Source of the DNA: Bacteroidota bacterium | Lineage (GTDB): Bacteria; Bacteroidota; Bacteroidia; NS11-12g; UBA955 | Length of the DNA: 64,000 bases | Assembly (NCBI GenBank): GCA_025354385.1 | Contig: JANXMZ010000044.1 | Span: forward strand, 1,069 to 65,068 | Direction: 5' to 3' | In this document: positions 52,027 through 63,350 of the stretch, piece by piece | Layout: each line of letters begins with the position of its first letter | Numbering within the stretch: position 1 is the first letter of the stretch | Translations under genes and position numbers: made by a program | Notes under the pieces: model-generated | Seen by the model: the letters and a program-made list of their open reading frames with translations, nothing else | Databases searched by the model: none | Told to the model about the DNA's origin: nothing

Positions 52027-54690
52027 CTATTCTAATAATAAATTAACAGCATTGTGGCCATTGACTAATAGTACATAATGTCCTTTTGCAAATTGATTTA
52101 ATTTTATCTGATATTGTTTCTCGTTTAAAACATCAAAACTAATTTCAATTTGTTTACCAGTGCCATCAAACAATTGCAAAGTTTCAATTTTCTCGGTGGA
52201 CATTAGAACAAATAAACCATTATTTGGATTTGGGTACACGGCAAAGTTCTTATTGGTGTTAAGGGCATTAACTCTGCTATTATTGTTTTTCAGCGTAGTA
52301 AAAGTCCAACTTGAGGAGTCGATGGCACTGCAATATGAGCCAAAGGTATCTACTAATAAATTAGCGTCTAATTCTATGGCCACTCTCGCACCTTCTAGCA
52401 AATCAGAGTTTAGATCGAAACTGATACTATTGCCAGAAATCATTGTGCGAGGACCATTTAAACTAATGGCATCCACAGGGAATCCATCTTCATAAACAAT
52501 TAGATTGCCATTATTGCCGATCTTAATTGGGCGATCGTATTCTATAATAAGGGTAGGATTTAAAACGACATCTATCAATTTATTGGAAGGCGTTAGTTGA
52601 ACGATTTTTGGTGTAGATCGGGTTGTAAATATCCAAGCACCTTTTGTGATAGGGGTATTGTAGACACCGATGGAATTCTTAAAGCTAGCGTCCAGTTCAA
52701 TAGCAATGGAGGCATCCAACGCAAATGGTGTTGATGGTGTCACTGTAATAATTTTACCATTTATAATAATATTGTTGCTAGTAATAGGAATACTTTCTTT
52801 CAATACGTTGTTTTCATAAATTCTCAAACCTCCGGTACTTCCTTTGAACACACTGTCCCTGAAAAATAGTTTTAGTAATCGGGTAGCTTCAATATCAGCG
52901 GAAAGGTGTTTTGGCATCACTGAATCCAGATTCAGGCTAGGTACGACTGTGTAAAAATGCCATGCACTTGAATCAATTACTTTACTAAGATTGTTAGATG
53001 AATCTCTGAAGCCGCTAGCAGGCACCAAAATAGAAATTCTAGAATTAATGGCAAATGCATTTTTCTGCTTCAGGGTTATTAAATTATTGTTTACAACAAC
53101 GCTTGGGCTATCTATTGGCAAAGTTTCTAGGAGTATATTGTTCTGAAATATTTGAATAAGGCCCTTTTTCTTTAGAACAGTTTCATCAAAAGTAAATGAT
53201 ATAGTTGGTTTTGCAACTACAGAAGTTGCGTTGTTGGCAGGACTTAATGCAACCAATTTAGGGGGAACATTTTCGTAGTTACAAGAATAGACATAAGAAC
53301 TTTTTTCAACAGTGCCATAAGGAGACAAATTTCTGTTTTTAAAACCTGGAAAAGTATTAGGATAAAAGGTGCAACGGAAAACATTGTTGTTTCTAGGAAA
53401 ATCACCATCGGTTTGAATATTAATATTATTAATAGGCATGCGGTATTCCCACACAATTTTTTTCTGCGATGTTACTTCAAAAAAGCGACCTTGTATACCA
53501 CTGCAAATAAGTGTATTGCCATTGGCTAATCTTTGACAGCCAGAAATAATTTGTGAAAAGAAATTAGTGGGTACAGAATCCTTGTATTGCCAAGTCAAAG
53601 TATTTGGTAAATAGGGTAAATTAGGATTGTATTTGTTCCCTGCTAAAAGTGGTGTTTTAATCACATCTATGGTAGAGTAAGAAGTATCTCTGCCCCAACC
53701 ATTATTGAATAACATAATGCAGCCTGAATCTTTTAATCCATTAGGAATCCAATGAGCATTGTGCTGACGAAATAGTTTGCGCTTTAACGGACCACCTTGG
53801 TCATACGCTTCTGGGTTACCCCAACGGTACAAAAGATCGCCACCTTTATTGGCATTTCCACCGGAATGAGTTTTGGCCTGGGCTGTAGATGTACTGTGAT
53901 CGACAATCCAAATTTCGCTTAAATTATGACAGCTAATAACAATCTGGTCCAAATTTGCATTGTAATCAATTCCATTGGCGTGTATCCAATCATAAGTTTG
54001 AAGGTCATGTGCATAATTAATATTCACAAGTTGTGGATTGGAACTCACCTGTCCATAGGTAGGTAAAGTATTATTCTTATTTTGAATAACGTGATCGAAT
54101 AAATCCCATTGCCATACAATTTCAGCGCTGTCAATACCTATGGGCTTAAGTTCTATTAGACGTTCGCCCCACAGTTGATCCGAAGAGAAGTAGGCAGAGT
54201 CTCTGCCTAGTGCTATTGCCTTGGCTTTTGAGATAGCATGCCAAGTTAAAACCAAAATATTTCCATTTGGCATAGGTTTAATATCGTGGTGCTGACAAAG
54301 AGAATCATTGAATATTTTATAACTCCAAACCAAATTATTATCCCAATCAAATTCTTCTATTAATCCACCTCTACCACCCGCTAATTTAAAGGAGGTGTCA
54401 GTATATGTTTCGGCTCTTAATAGGTGTCCATTCGGTTTAATATACATTGCCAAACCTGGGCTGTAAGCACTGGCCCATTGATGAACTTTTTTGCCACACC
54501 TGTCTAGCAAATAAGTGGTATCAACTTTTATAGGACTAAATAAGACATAACCATTTTCCTGGGTGCCTTTAAGGTGCTTTAATAAACCAACTGTTTTGGA
54601 TTGAGAGAATGAGTTAAACGTTAGCGAGATAGAGAGAATGAGTAATAATGTTAATTTCATAAAAGGATTCAGATAGAAATTTAGATTCAT
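52027..54690 (-). CDS. ASST-like T9SS cargo, tandem paralogue of the previous gene
   Basis: Also 887 aa, with the same architecture and motifs (HHDIKPMPNGN, DWIHANGIDYN) and a T9SS type A C-terminal domain. Confidence 0.65.
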   Translation of the reverse strand: MNLNFYLNPFMKLTLLLILSISLTFNSFSQSKTVGLLKHLKGTQENGYVLFSPIKVDTTYLLDRCGKKVHQWASAYSPGLAMYIKPNGHLLRAETYTDTSFKLAGGRGGLIEEFDWDNNLVWSYKIFNDSLCQHHDIKPMPNGNILVLTWHAISKAKAIALGRDSAYFSSDQLWGERLIELKPIGIDSAEIVWQWDLFDHVIQNKNNTLPTYGQVSSNPQLVNINYAHDLQTYDWIHANGIDYNANLDQIVISCHNLSEIWIVDHSTSTAQAKTHSGGNANKGGDLLYRWGNPEAYDQGGPLKRKLFRQHNAHWIPNGLKDSGCIMLFNNGWGRDTSYSTIDVIKTPLLAGNKYNPNLPYLPNTLTWQYKDSVPTNFFSQIISGCQRLANGNTLICSGIQGRFFEVTSQKKIVWEYRMPINNINIQTDGDFPRNNNVFRCTFYPNTFPGFKNRNLSPYGTVEKSSYVYSCNYENVPPKLVALSPANNATSVVAKPTISFTFDETVLKKKGLIQIFQNNILLETLPIDSPSVVVNNNLITLKQKNAFAINSRISILVPASGFRDSSNNLSKVIDSSAWHFYTVVPSLNLDSVMPKHLSADIEATRLLKLFFRDSVFKGSTGGLRIYENNVLKESIPITSNNIIINGKIITVTPSTPFALDASIAIELDASFKNSIGVYNTPITKGAWIFTTRSTPKIVQLTPSNKLIDVVLNPTLIIEYDRPIKIGNNGNLIVYEDGFPVDAISLNGPRTMISGNSISFDLNSDLLEGARVAIELDANLLVDTFGSYCSAIDSSSWTFTTLKNNNSRVNALNTNKNFAVYPNPNNGLFVLMSTEKIETLQLFDGTGKQIEISFDVLNEKQYQIKLNQFAKGHYVLLVNGHNAVNLLLE

Positions 54691-54828
54691 GTGGGATTAT
54701 TAGTGTATAGGCAAATGTACCCGAAAAAATATTTGTTTTAAAGAATTGTAAAATAAAAATGACGGTATTTTTACAAAGCAATTATCCTCAGTCAAAGAAT
54801 GTTGATGAAGATGACTTGTGCAATTATA

Positions 54829-55902
54829 TCAATACTTTAGCAATTCCGCCACAAAGAGATAGTCGGTAAGCTCAGGCGCCATGTTTATATATTGTTGATT
54901 AATAATTTGGAGTTGTAAATTTTGCTCAAAATAAGCTAAATTGGATTCATTTTCTTCCCTAAATACAGAACAAGTGATGTAATATATTTTTCCGCCACTT
55001 TTTAAGTTTCGGAGAGCGTTTTTAAAAATGATTCTTTGCAAGCCAGCATAATAATTTATCTTGTGCAACTCCGTACCCGTAATGTTTTCGGGTGTTCGAC
55101 CCCACGTGCCACTGCCAGAGCAGGGAACATCTGCAACAATAACATCGTATTTTGTATTCAACTGAAAAGGAGAATTCAAATCGCTCAGTTCAATATGTGG
55201 TTCTTTTAGTCCACTATTCTTAAATCGTACTTTAAGGTTTTCTAAAATACTAAAACGGGCATCCGAACAAGTGAGTTTAAACTTGTTTTTGAATTTATTT
55301 CGAAGAAAAAGGGCTTTTCCTCCTGCTCCACTGCAACAATCCCATACCTCATCATATTCTTTAATATGTATTTTATCTGCAGCTTCTTGCGAAGACCTGT
55401 CCATAATCCATGCCCAACCATTTTCTGTAATATCATTGCATTTTGCGTTGGTAGGCACTTGGATGCAGGCTTTATTTATTCTCTCGAATGGAATTCCATT
55501 TATTTCAAGTGCATTGTATACATTTTGTTCCTGTCCCTCTACCAAAGCAAGGTATACAGGCTTTTGTTCTAATAAACTTTTTAGGTAGGCATCCTTATCA
55601 ATGGCATCCGAGATTAATTCAAAACTTGGGAAAATTTCTTTGGCTTCAATTTGACTTAAAATATTCTCAGATTGTTGAAGACCTAATAATATATTGTTTT
55701 CGATTGTACCGTTTTGCGCAACATATCCCAAACGGAAATAGGCATAACAAGCCTGTCTGTATATTTTCCGATCCCTACTTCCCCAATTGCGGTGAAGCTT
55801 GCACTGTTCAGTAAAATAAGCAGCGAAGGGCTTTTCCTTATTGTAATTGCGAATCAGCTCTGAAGCGATACCCAATTGAAAAGGTTTGATTATTGTCTCC
55901 AA
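54829..55902 (-). CDS. NOL1/NOP2/Sun (RsmB/RsmF-like) RNA m5C methyltransferase
   Basis: DVPCSGSGTWGR (motif IV with catalytic Cys) and SAM-binding DCCSGAGGK. Confidence 0.8.
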   Translation of the reverse strand: METIIKPFQLGIASELIRNYNKEKPFAAYFTEQCKLHRNWGSRDRKIYRQACYAYFRLGYVAQNGTIENNILLGLQQSENILSQIEAKEIFPSFELISDAIDKDAYLKSLLEQKPVYLALVEGQEQNVYNALEINGIPFERINKACIQVPTNAKCNDITENGWAWIMDRSSQEAADKIHIKEYDEVWDCCSGAGGKALFLRNKFKNKFKLTCSDARFSILENLKVRFKNSGLKEPHIELSDLNSPFQLNTKYDVIVADVPCSGSGTWGRTPENITGTELHKINYYAGLQRIIFKNALRNLKSGGKIYYITCSVFREENESNLAYFEQNLQLQIINQQYINMAPELTDYLFVAELLKY

Positions 55903-57026
55903 TAAGCTTTATATAAATTGTAATTATCAAAATAGAACAAATTGGTACCGGCATTCTCAATCAAATTTCCCCTCTGAACAAATTTATAAGTAGTATGCAC
56001 CATTCTAAAGTTTTTATCAATAATAAATTTGTAGAACTGATTATCGAAAGCCATCAATGCACTTCCAAAAAACATCAACTGATCATAGCCAACAAAGGTA
56101 TAACGTTGAGGGTCTCCACCATATTTATTTCTAAATATTCGCCGCATTTTTTTATAAGTAGAATCATTGGATGGAACACTGTAAGAATCGTAAAAATAAA
56201 CACCATTGAACACATTGTAATTGGTGCGGTCTACATCTAGCCAATCTGCAGAACCAGCCACTACCCATTTGTTCTTTCCTGTGTTGTCTAGTGCAGAACC
56301 TGCCGCAGAACCATTTTTTGAAGTGTAATAAATTAATAGAGAATCTTTACCATTCCACTCTGTACTGGGCGTTTTTAATTTACCATCTATAATATTACAT
56401 TTTTTACCAGATACCAATTCATAACCTTTCTTAAAGTTTCTAGCAGCGAATGGTTTAAGTATTTTATCGGAATTTTCTACAACCAATACCTGAAAATTTT
56501 GAAATGCCAATGCGGCATGTTGCCCAATGTAAAAATATTCAAGACTGTCTGGCGGTACACAATTAATTAATGGAAAACTACCACCTGTTTTATTTGGAAA
56601 GTAACGCAAGGGACTTACCAGAGGAATATTGTAAACCGAACAAAATTTTTCAGCTTCTACCAATTCATAATCATAAACAGGACCGATGAGTAAATCTATT
56701 TTTTGCATTTCAGGATTGGATAATAATCTGATGACCTCCAAGCTATCCATTCGTGTGTCATAAACGGTCAGTTTCATGTTTAGACCTTGTTTTTTTAGGT
56801 CTTCAATGGCCATTTCAACACCCTCGTAATAATCGGCCATCTTATCGCGCACTCTATATTTATCGGGCATGTCTAAGCAAAATGGCAACATTAAAACCAC
56901 CTTGTATTCTTTCTGAAAAACAGGGGTGTCATCTTTTGGAATAATGACGCCTTGAGTTTTCAAACGAGTAAAACCCGACAAGCCAAAAAACAAAATTGCA
57001 ATACAAAGGCGATTGATTATTCCCAT
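55890..57026 (-). CDS. Hypothetical exported protein, possibly periplasmic-binding-protein type 1-like
   Basis: Signal peptide. Weak resemblance to the Leu/Ile/Val-binding fold. Confidence 0.3.
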   Translation of the reverse strand: MGIINRLCIAILFFGLSGFTRLKTQGVIIPKDDTPVFQKEYKVVLMLPFCLDMPDKYRVRDKMADYYEGVEMAIEDLKKQGLNMKLTVYDTRMDSLEVIRLLSNPEMQKIDLLIGPVYDYELVEAEKFCSVYNIPLVSPLRYFPNKTGGSFPLINCVPPDSLEYFYIGQHAALAFQNFQVLVVENSDKILKPFAARNFKKGYELVSGKKCNIIDGKLKTPSTEWNGKDSLLIYYTSKNGSAAGSALDNTGKNKWVVAGSADWLDVDRTNYNVFNGVYFYDSYSVPSNDSTYKKMRRIFRNKYGGDPQRYTFVGYDQLMFFGSALMAFDNQFYKFIIDKNFRMVHTTYKFVQRGNLIENAGTNLFYFDNYNLYKAYWRQ

Positions 57027-58543
57027 TCTATTGTTGCTGGTGGTTTTGAACTAATGTCGTAAACAACCCGGTTGATTCCTTTTACCTGATTGATTATTTT
57101 ATTGCTAATTTCAGCTAGTATTTCATGAGGAATATGAACCCAGTCTGCAGTCATACCATCCACAGAGGTAACTGCTCTTAGGCATATTACATTTTCATAA
57201 GTTCGCTCATCCCCCATAACCCCCACACTTTTGACTGGCAGGAAAATAGCGCCTGCTTGCCAAATTTTGTCGTACCAACCTCTTTCTCTTAGAGTGCTTA
57301 AGAACAAGGCATCTGCTTGCTGCAGAATATGAACTTTTTGAGGGGTAATATCATCAATGATGCGAATTGCCAATCCCGGTCCTGGGAAAGGATGTCTGCC
57401 CAGAATATCTTTTGGAATATTAAGCGCAGCACCTACTTTTCTAACTTCATCTTTAAATAAACTTCTCAATGGTTCTACTATTTTCAATTGCATTTTTTCA
57501 GGCAATCCACCAACATTATGATGCGATTTGATAGTGGCGGAAGGACCTTTTACCGAAACGGATTCTATGACATCCGGGTATATGGTTCCTTGGGCCAACC
57601 AACGTGCACCTTCAATTTTTTTAGACTCCTGCTCAAATACTTCTACAAATACTCTGCCAATGGCTTTTCTTTTCAATTCTGGATCTTGAATGCCCGCCAA
57701 TGCTGTGTAAAATTGCCCCGTAGCATTCACACCAATAACGTTTAAATCCATTTGTTTGTAGGCTTCTAATACCTGTTCGAATTCATTCAAGCGCAACAAG
57801 CCATTATCAATAAAAATACAATATAAATTTTTGCCTATAGCTTTGTGTAATAATCCAGCTGCAACACTGCTATCTACGCCACCAGAAAGTCCTAATATTA
57901 CTTTGTCATCACCAATTTTTTGTATTAGTTCATCAACAGTTGAATGAATGAAATTATCAGGGTTCCAATCTTGAGTGCATCCACTTATTTTTACGACAAA
58001 ATTCTTTAATAATTGAGCGCCTTCCGAGCTATGAGTAACCTCAGGATGGAACTGAATACAATAAGTATTTGAATCTTTTATCTCAAAGGCTGCGAATGGA
58101 ATTGAATCGGTAGAAGCGATTAATTCTGCATTGGTTGGCAGGTCGGTAATGGTGTCGCCATGACTCATCCAAACTTGTGTAGGAAAATTCATATCTTCAA
58201 ATAACCTACTATCCTTAGCCTTATTCAGCATAGCACGTCCGTATTCGCGGTGATTGCTGGCTACCACATTACCACCGCCTTTTTGAGCGTAGTATTGAGC
58301 GCCATAGCAGACAGCGAGGATTGGTAATTGTTTTTCAAATTGCATTAAATCAATTTGAGGAGCCTGTTCATCTCTTACCGAAGCTGGACTGCCCGAAAGA
58401 ATAATACCTTTGATATTTGGCGTTATCTCTGGAATATGGTTGTAGGGGTGGATTTCGCAATACACATTTAATTCGCGCACCCTACGTGCAATCAATTGTG
58501 TGTATTGTGACCCAAAATCAAGGATTAAAATTTGTTCCTGCAT
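57017..58543 (-). CDS. guaA: GMP synthase (glutamine-hydrolysing)
   Basis: [18 protein letters not shown]-terminus, SGGVDSSV, and C-terminal PPATIEWE. The start was chosen at MQEQ (58543). Confidence 0.9.
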   Translation of the reverse strand: MQEQILILDFGSQYTQLIARRVRELNVYCEIHPYNHIPEITPNIKGIILSGSPASVRDEQAPQIDLMQFEKQLPILAVCYGAQYYAQKGGGNVVASNHREYGRAMLNKAKDSRLFEDMNFPTQVWMSHGDTITDLPTNAELIASTDSIPFAAFEIKDSNTYCIQFHPEVTHSSEGAQLLKNFVVKISGCTQDWNPDNFIHSTVDELIQKIGDDKVILGLSGGVDSSVAAGLLHKAIGKNLYCIFIDNGLLRLNEFEQVLEAYKQMDLNVIGVNATGQFYTALAGIQDPELKRKAIGRVFVEVFEQESKKIEGARWLAQGTIYPDVIESVSVKGPSATIKSHHNVGGLPEKMQLKIVEPLRSLFKDEVRKVGAALNIPKDILGRHPFPGPGLAIRIIDDITPQKVHILQQADALFLSTLRERGWYDKIWQAGAIFLPVKSVGVMGDERTYENVICLRAVTSVDGMTADWVHIPHEILAEISNKIINQVKGINRVVYDISSKPPATIEWE

Positions 58544-58650
58544 GCTTAAATTGAAGTTGCAAAAATAAGGGTTTAAAGCCAAAAAATTACTCGAATTTAG
58601 ACCCTTATTAAAAGAAATTAGGGAGCCTTGATTCCACCATAACGATTATC

Positions 58651-61236
58651 TTACCGCATTAATCTCACGCTGGTTTCATGGTGCTCCAAAACACCATTGT
58701 AAGGTGTAAGCGCAATTTTACAAATGTATACTCCATCAGGGCAAAGCTGCGACATATATGTTCCATCCCAACCTTGAGTTATATCATCCGATTCGAATAA
58801 TAACGCCCCCCATTGATTATATATTTGCATTTTGTAATAACTTATAAATAGGCTAGAGAAAGGGGTATAGGTATCATTGATCTTGTTTTCATCAGGTGAA
58901 AATGCATTGGGTAAGTAAAAGAAAAATTTATGGTAAGTTGTAATACTAAAAGAATCGCTGCAATTATCGGCCGTGGTGGCCCATAAAGTGAATTTATTTT
59001 TACCCGAATCAAGATAATTTAAACTTGGATTTTTTTCATAACTGGTTCTACCTTTTCCAAGGTCCCAATAAAATTTTACGGCATTGTCAGTCGAATAATT
59101 ATTGAACTGTACTTTTTTATTACCTCCGTTTAAGGAACTTACATCAGTAATGGTAAACACGGCTTTGGGTTTGTCTTTTACAATGATTGTTCTGTGTTTA
59201 GTAATAGAATCTATGCAACCATTTTGTGCCTTTACAATTAGTTTTACATTGTACTTCGCGGGTTCTTGATAATAATGATGTGGATTTTTTTCTGAGGAAT
59301 AATAACCATCTCCTAAATCCCACCAATAAAAAGAAATTTTGCCTTGCGCGAATATAGATTGATTGTTAAAAATGACACTGTCAGGAAAACAGGGGGAGTT
59401 GACGTCAAATGCTGCCACAGGACCTGGTTTTACAGTAAAGGATTTTTGAATACTATCACTGCAATTGTTTTGGGTAGTGACCTTTAGTTTAACATCGTAA
59501 GTGCCCGCATTGGCATATTGTTTCATTGCAAGAGTGTCTGATAAATGTGTGCCATCGCCAAAAGTCCAATCCGATTTTTTTCTCACGTCATCATCTATAA
59601 AACTTACATCTTTAAAATTAAATTGATTATTCTTGAGACAAAGAGATGTGTCGGAAAAACTAAAATTAGCAACAACATAAGGGTTATGAATTTGAATGGT
59701 ATCCGAACTGCTGCATGAATTGGTGTCTTTTACTTTTAAAATATAAATGCCTTTCTTATGTGCGTAAATTGTTTTAGCGGTACTTTTATTGCTCCACAAG
59801 TATTCAGCATAATTTTCAGCAGTCGATAATTGGAGATTGAAGGCGTTGCAAAAACTCGTATCTCTCCCTATGTAGGGTTTGATATTCATGATATCAACCT
59901 TGACATAAGCGAACGAAACAACTTTTTTGAAGTAATAAAATAACCACACTTTGTAAGCCCCGGGTTTTTTATAAATATGCCCCACATTGGTAATCTGCGT
60001 TGAACTGTTCAATGCCCCAGAGGAAGGGTCCCCAAAATACCATTTTACAGAATCTAAATCGTTGGTATTAGAAAGCGTAAAAGTAGTGGTATCATTCAAA
60101 CAATTGTGTTTTACGGAAATTATTTTTTTGTTGAAAATGGAAGTATTAAAGTTGGGTAAACCCAAAATGCAATTTTTGCCACCAAGGTAAACAGCATTTC
60201 TTTTCAAACGCGACAATGCTCCGAGAGAATCTGGAGCCTCTATAGATTGAAGATAGTTACTATTGCTAACAGCAATATAAATTTTTCCGTTGGGTCCTAA
60301 TTGCAGTGCTCCTAAATCATTGCTAAAATTACTATCTAAAGTATATTTCGAGTTCAGAAATTGGCTTTTGGTGGTGGATTTGGCGGAATACTGATAAATC
60401 TTTTTTGTGTTAAATTCACTGATGTAAAGGTACTTGCTTTGAGCGGAAAACTCCAAGCCATAAGCCTTGTCATTATGGAAAGTCCATACATTGCTTACTC
60501 GGCCTGTGCCTGAATTGAAATCGGCAATTACAGATGAATCAAGTGTATAATTAACATAAGCTAATTTACGGCCATCTGGGGAGAACTTCATGTATCCTAA
60601 TGATGTGGAGTAGGTGCCATTGATTTTTACGCCTGTTTTACTTCTTACAGGTTTTGCTAAAACACCATAACCAGTAACTCTATAGGCAAATAGAGTATCT
60701 GTATCGAATTTGTGAACCATCAGCCAAAAATCAATACCATTGGCGTGTTTAACTGCGGTTATTTTTTCACAAGCCGGTGTTACTAGTTTTTTGTTTTTGT
60801 TCCAAAATACGACATCGCCTTTCCCATAATTATAACTCATATTAACTTCGGAATAGGTAATGCCCTCTTTGCCACCAATCTTATCGGAAGTGAAAATATA
60901 AAAACTATTAAAAGTAAAGGGTTTGGGTACTATTAAAACAGACTGTGTGCTGCTTGAATTTCCTTTTAAATTATTACCGTTGGGCATTAAATTGTGAGTG
61001 CTGTCCCAAACACTTACCCCATCTGTATAAAATAAAAGCCGGCCACTAGGCGTGCTGTAACTCGAACAGCCTTCAGAAGCATTCATTTTACCATTGATAA
61101 TGGCAACCGGATTACCTGATTTAAAATCAAGACCTGCATTTGCCCCAAAATACCAAACATTCGCTTCTTTTTGAGCGTTGCCTATCTGATATACAAACAA
61201 AATAGAAATGGAAATAAGTATAATTCTTCTTACCAC
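58651..61236 (-). CDS. Large PKD-repeat surface protein with gliding-motility-associated C-terminal domain (T9SS type B cargo)
   Basis: 861 aa with a signal peptide. The C-terminus LPNAFSPDENKINDTY...QIYNQWGALLF matches the type B CTD. Confidence 0.7.
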   Translation of the reverse strand: MVRRIILISISILFVYQIGNAQKEANVWYFGANAGLDFKSGNPVAIINGKMNASEGCSSYSTPSGRLLFYTDGVSVWDSTHNLMPNGNNLKGNSSSTQSVLIVPKPFTFNSFYIFTSDKIGGKEGITYSEVNMSYNYGKGDVVFWNKNKKLVTPACEKITAVKHANGIDFWLMVHKFDTDTLFAYRVTGYGVLAKPVRSKTGVKINGTYSTSLGYMKFSPDGRKLAYVNYTLDSSVIADFNSGTGRVSNVWTFHNDKAYGLEFSAQSKYLYISEFNTKKIYQYSAKSTTKSQFLNSKYTLDSNFSNDLGALQLGPNGKIYIAVSNSNYLQSIEAPDSLGALSRLKRNAVYLGGKNCILGLPNFNTSIFNKKIISVKHNCLNDTTTFTLSNTNDLDSVKWYFGDPSSGALNSSTQITNVGHIYKKPGAYKVWLFYYFKKVVSFAYVKVDIMNIKPYIGRDTSFCNAFNLQLSTAENYAEYLWSNKSTAKTIYAHKKGIYILKVKDTNSCSSSDTIQIHNPYVVANFSFSDTSLCLKNNQFNFKDVSFIDDDVRKKSDWTFGDGTHLSDTLAMKQYANAGTYDVKLKVTTQNNCSDSIQKSFTVKPGPVAAFDVNSPCFPDSVIFNNQSIFAQGKISFYWWDLGDGYYSSEKNPHHYYQEPAKYNVKLIVKAQNGCIDSITKHRTIIVKDKPKAVFTITDVSSLNGGNKKVQFNNYSTDNAVKFYWDLGKGRTSYEKNPSLNYLDSGKNKFTLWATTADNCSDSFSITTYHKFFFYLPNAFSPDENKINDTYTPFSSLFISYYKMQIYNQWGALLFESDDITQGWDGTYMSQLCPDGVYICKIALTPYNGVLEHHETSVRLMR

Positions 61237-61411
61237 TTGGCCTTAATTAACTCACGAATATAACCGATGTGCAAAAATAAACAAGGGTTAATTCTAATAA
61301 TGCTATAAGCGGTTGAAATATAAGTATTTAGACTTAGTGACTAAAAGGCAACAAAAATCAATTTTCAAGTGAAAGATTAGTGTTTTTTTTAGTGAATTCA
61401 AACCATGTAAA

Positions 61412-62047
61412 TTACTTTAATTTTAGATTTAATTTCTTCAAAAGATCTAAGGCAAGTGGGTTCTCTTTAATAATTTCATCAAGTTGCTCTTTTTGCGTAT
61501 AGGCCTTGGTTTGTTGAATAACAGTATTATCTTCGGTAATCACTAGGGTAATTTCTCTATTTCCAAAATAATCTCTTAGGAATCTTTGCCACTCAATTTT
61601 TATGGGTTCAATCAAATTAATATTTGATTTATGCATCGCCACATTAACATCGTAAATATTGATTTTCAAATTGAACATTTTAACAAGTGCACTTGTAGAG
61701 GGTGGCACTGTTGCGGCAAAGGCATGGATAGCGGCTTTCAAATTTTGATCGTTGAATTCCACTTTTGTAGTTGGTTCTGATACTATATTCGAGTTTTGTA
61801 CGGAGGCTTCTTTAGTGGCTTCTATTTTCTCTAACACATTGGCATCCGACTGTTCAATAATTTCTGCAATGCCGATTTGAACAGCAGGAGGGGGTACAAC
61901 CAATTGTCCTTTTAATGGAATTTTAGGAAGGCTAAAATTTGAATCTGCTAATGGAATAATTTTGGCTACTATTGGTTCTTTAACAGCAGCAGTATTGTTC
62001 TTGTTTTGAGCAATCTTTTTTTCTATATACTCATCACTTTTTTTTTT
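61412..62047 (-). CDS. dnaX: DNA polymerase III tau-specific C-terminal region (domains IV-V), in the -1 frame relative to upstream dnaX
   Basis: The frame is open from the A10 run (62047-62038) down to the stop at 61412. A TGA lies immediately upstream of the A-run in this frame. Confidence 0.6.
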   Translation of the reverse strand, partial: KKKSDEYIEKKIAQNKNNTAAVKEPIVAKIIPLADSNFSLPKIPLKGQLVVPPPAVQIGIAEIIEQSDANVLEKIEATKEASVQNSNIVSEPTTKVEFNDQNLKAAIHAFAATVPPSTSALVKMFNLKINIYDVNVAMHKSNINLIEPIKIEWQRFLRDYFGNREITLVITEDNTVIQQTKAYTQKEQLDEIIKENPLALDLLKKLNLKLK

Positions 62048-63159
62048 AATTCATCCAGCGTAGTGGCTGAATTTAACATGTTTTTAATGTGACAGAGTTT
62101 CAAAAGGGCTAACTCCACATGCAAGCGTTGATTGCGACTATTCTTGTATTCGAGGTCGAATTGATTATTGATATTGAGTGCATTTAAAAGAAATGTGATA
62201 TTGGTGTTTTTACTTTGTTCGTTGTATTTTGCTTTGTGAATTTCGCCTACATCTAACAAATGCGCGGTAGCACTGTCTTTACACACCATCAAGTTTCTGA
62301 AATGTTCATTGAGGCCATTCAAGAACAATTGCCCATCAAACCCCCTTTCTAATATCTGGTCAAAATAATTGAGCACATCGCTCACATTTTGGTTCACAAT
62401 GGCATCCGTAACTTTAAAATAATAATCCTTATCTAATAAGTTCAGATTGTCTACCACTTTTTGATAAGTAATATCGCCATTGCAAAAACTTACCATCTGG
62501 TCGAACATGGAGAGGGCATCGCGCAAGCCTCCATCAGCTTTTTCTGCAATTACATGAAGGGCTTCGTCTTCGGCTTTAATATTCTCCTTAACAACAATAG
62601 TTTTCAAATGGGCCACCATGTCTTTTACTTGAATACGTTTGAAATTAAATATTTGACAACGCGATAAAATGGTAGGTAATACCTTGTGTTTTTCTGTGGT
62701 TGCTAATATGAAAATAGCGTATCTAGGAGGCTCTTCTAATGTTTTCAAGAACGCATTGAAAGCCGCAGAACTCAACATGTGTACCTCATCTATGATATAA
62801 ATTTTATAGGTACCAACTTGAGGTGGTATTCGCACCTGGTCGTTTAGGTTTCTTATATCATCTACAGAGTTATTACTGGCGGCATCGAGCTCAAAAATAT
62901 TAAAAGCATAATCCTGTTCTGGTCCGTCATTGTCTTTTTGATTAATAACCTTGGCAAGTATTCGAGCACAAGTGGTTTTGCCCACCCCCCTTGGACCAGT
63001 AAATAAAAATGCTTGCGCTAAATGGTTGCTATTAATTTCATTCAGTAGAGTATCAGTAATGTGTTTCTGCCCAACAACATCATCAAATATTGAAGGTCTA
63101 TATTTTCGGGCAGATACAATAAAATTTTCCACAGATATAACAACTAAAAAGGAATGCAA
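62023..63159 (-). CDS. dnaX: DNA polymerase III subunit gamma/tau, in-frame gamma-length product (domains I-III)
   Basis: ENFIVSARKYRP...GPRGVGKTTCARI (Walker A). The frame ends VMSI* four codons after the A10 run. The real start may be the GTG at 63132. Confidence 0.85.
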   Translation of the reverse strand: MHSFLVVISVENFIVSARKYRPSIFDDVVGQKHITDTLLNEINSNHLAQAFLFTGPRGVGKTTCARILAKVINQKDNDGPEQDYAFNIFELDAASNNSVDDIRNLNDQVRIPPQVGTYKIYIIDEVHMLSSAAFNAFLKTLEEPPRYAIFILATTEKHKVLPTILSRCQIFNFKRIQVKDMVAHLKTIVVKENIKAEDEALHVIAEKADGGLRDALSMFDQMVSFCNGDITYQKVVDNLNLLDKDYYFKVTDAIVNQNVSDVLNYFDQILERGFDGQLFLNGLNEHFRNLMVCKDSATAHLLDVGEIHKAKYNEQSKNTNITFLLNALNINNQFDLEYKNSRNQRLHVELALLKLCHIKNMLNSATTLDELKKKVMSI

Positions 63160-63350
63160 AAGTAGTGTTTTTTGAATTCTAATTCTGAATCGGTAAACAA
63201 AAAGATCTTTTTTTCATGAGCAAAATCATTTCCTTGAATTACAGACATTAATTTACTAGAAATGAACTTGATAAAAGAAATAAAATGACTTGTTAAGTGT
63301 GCTAACCGATTAAAAAACAGACAAAATTTCAAATTGTTGGGTCTTTTTTG

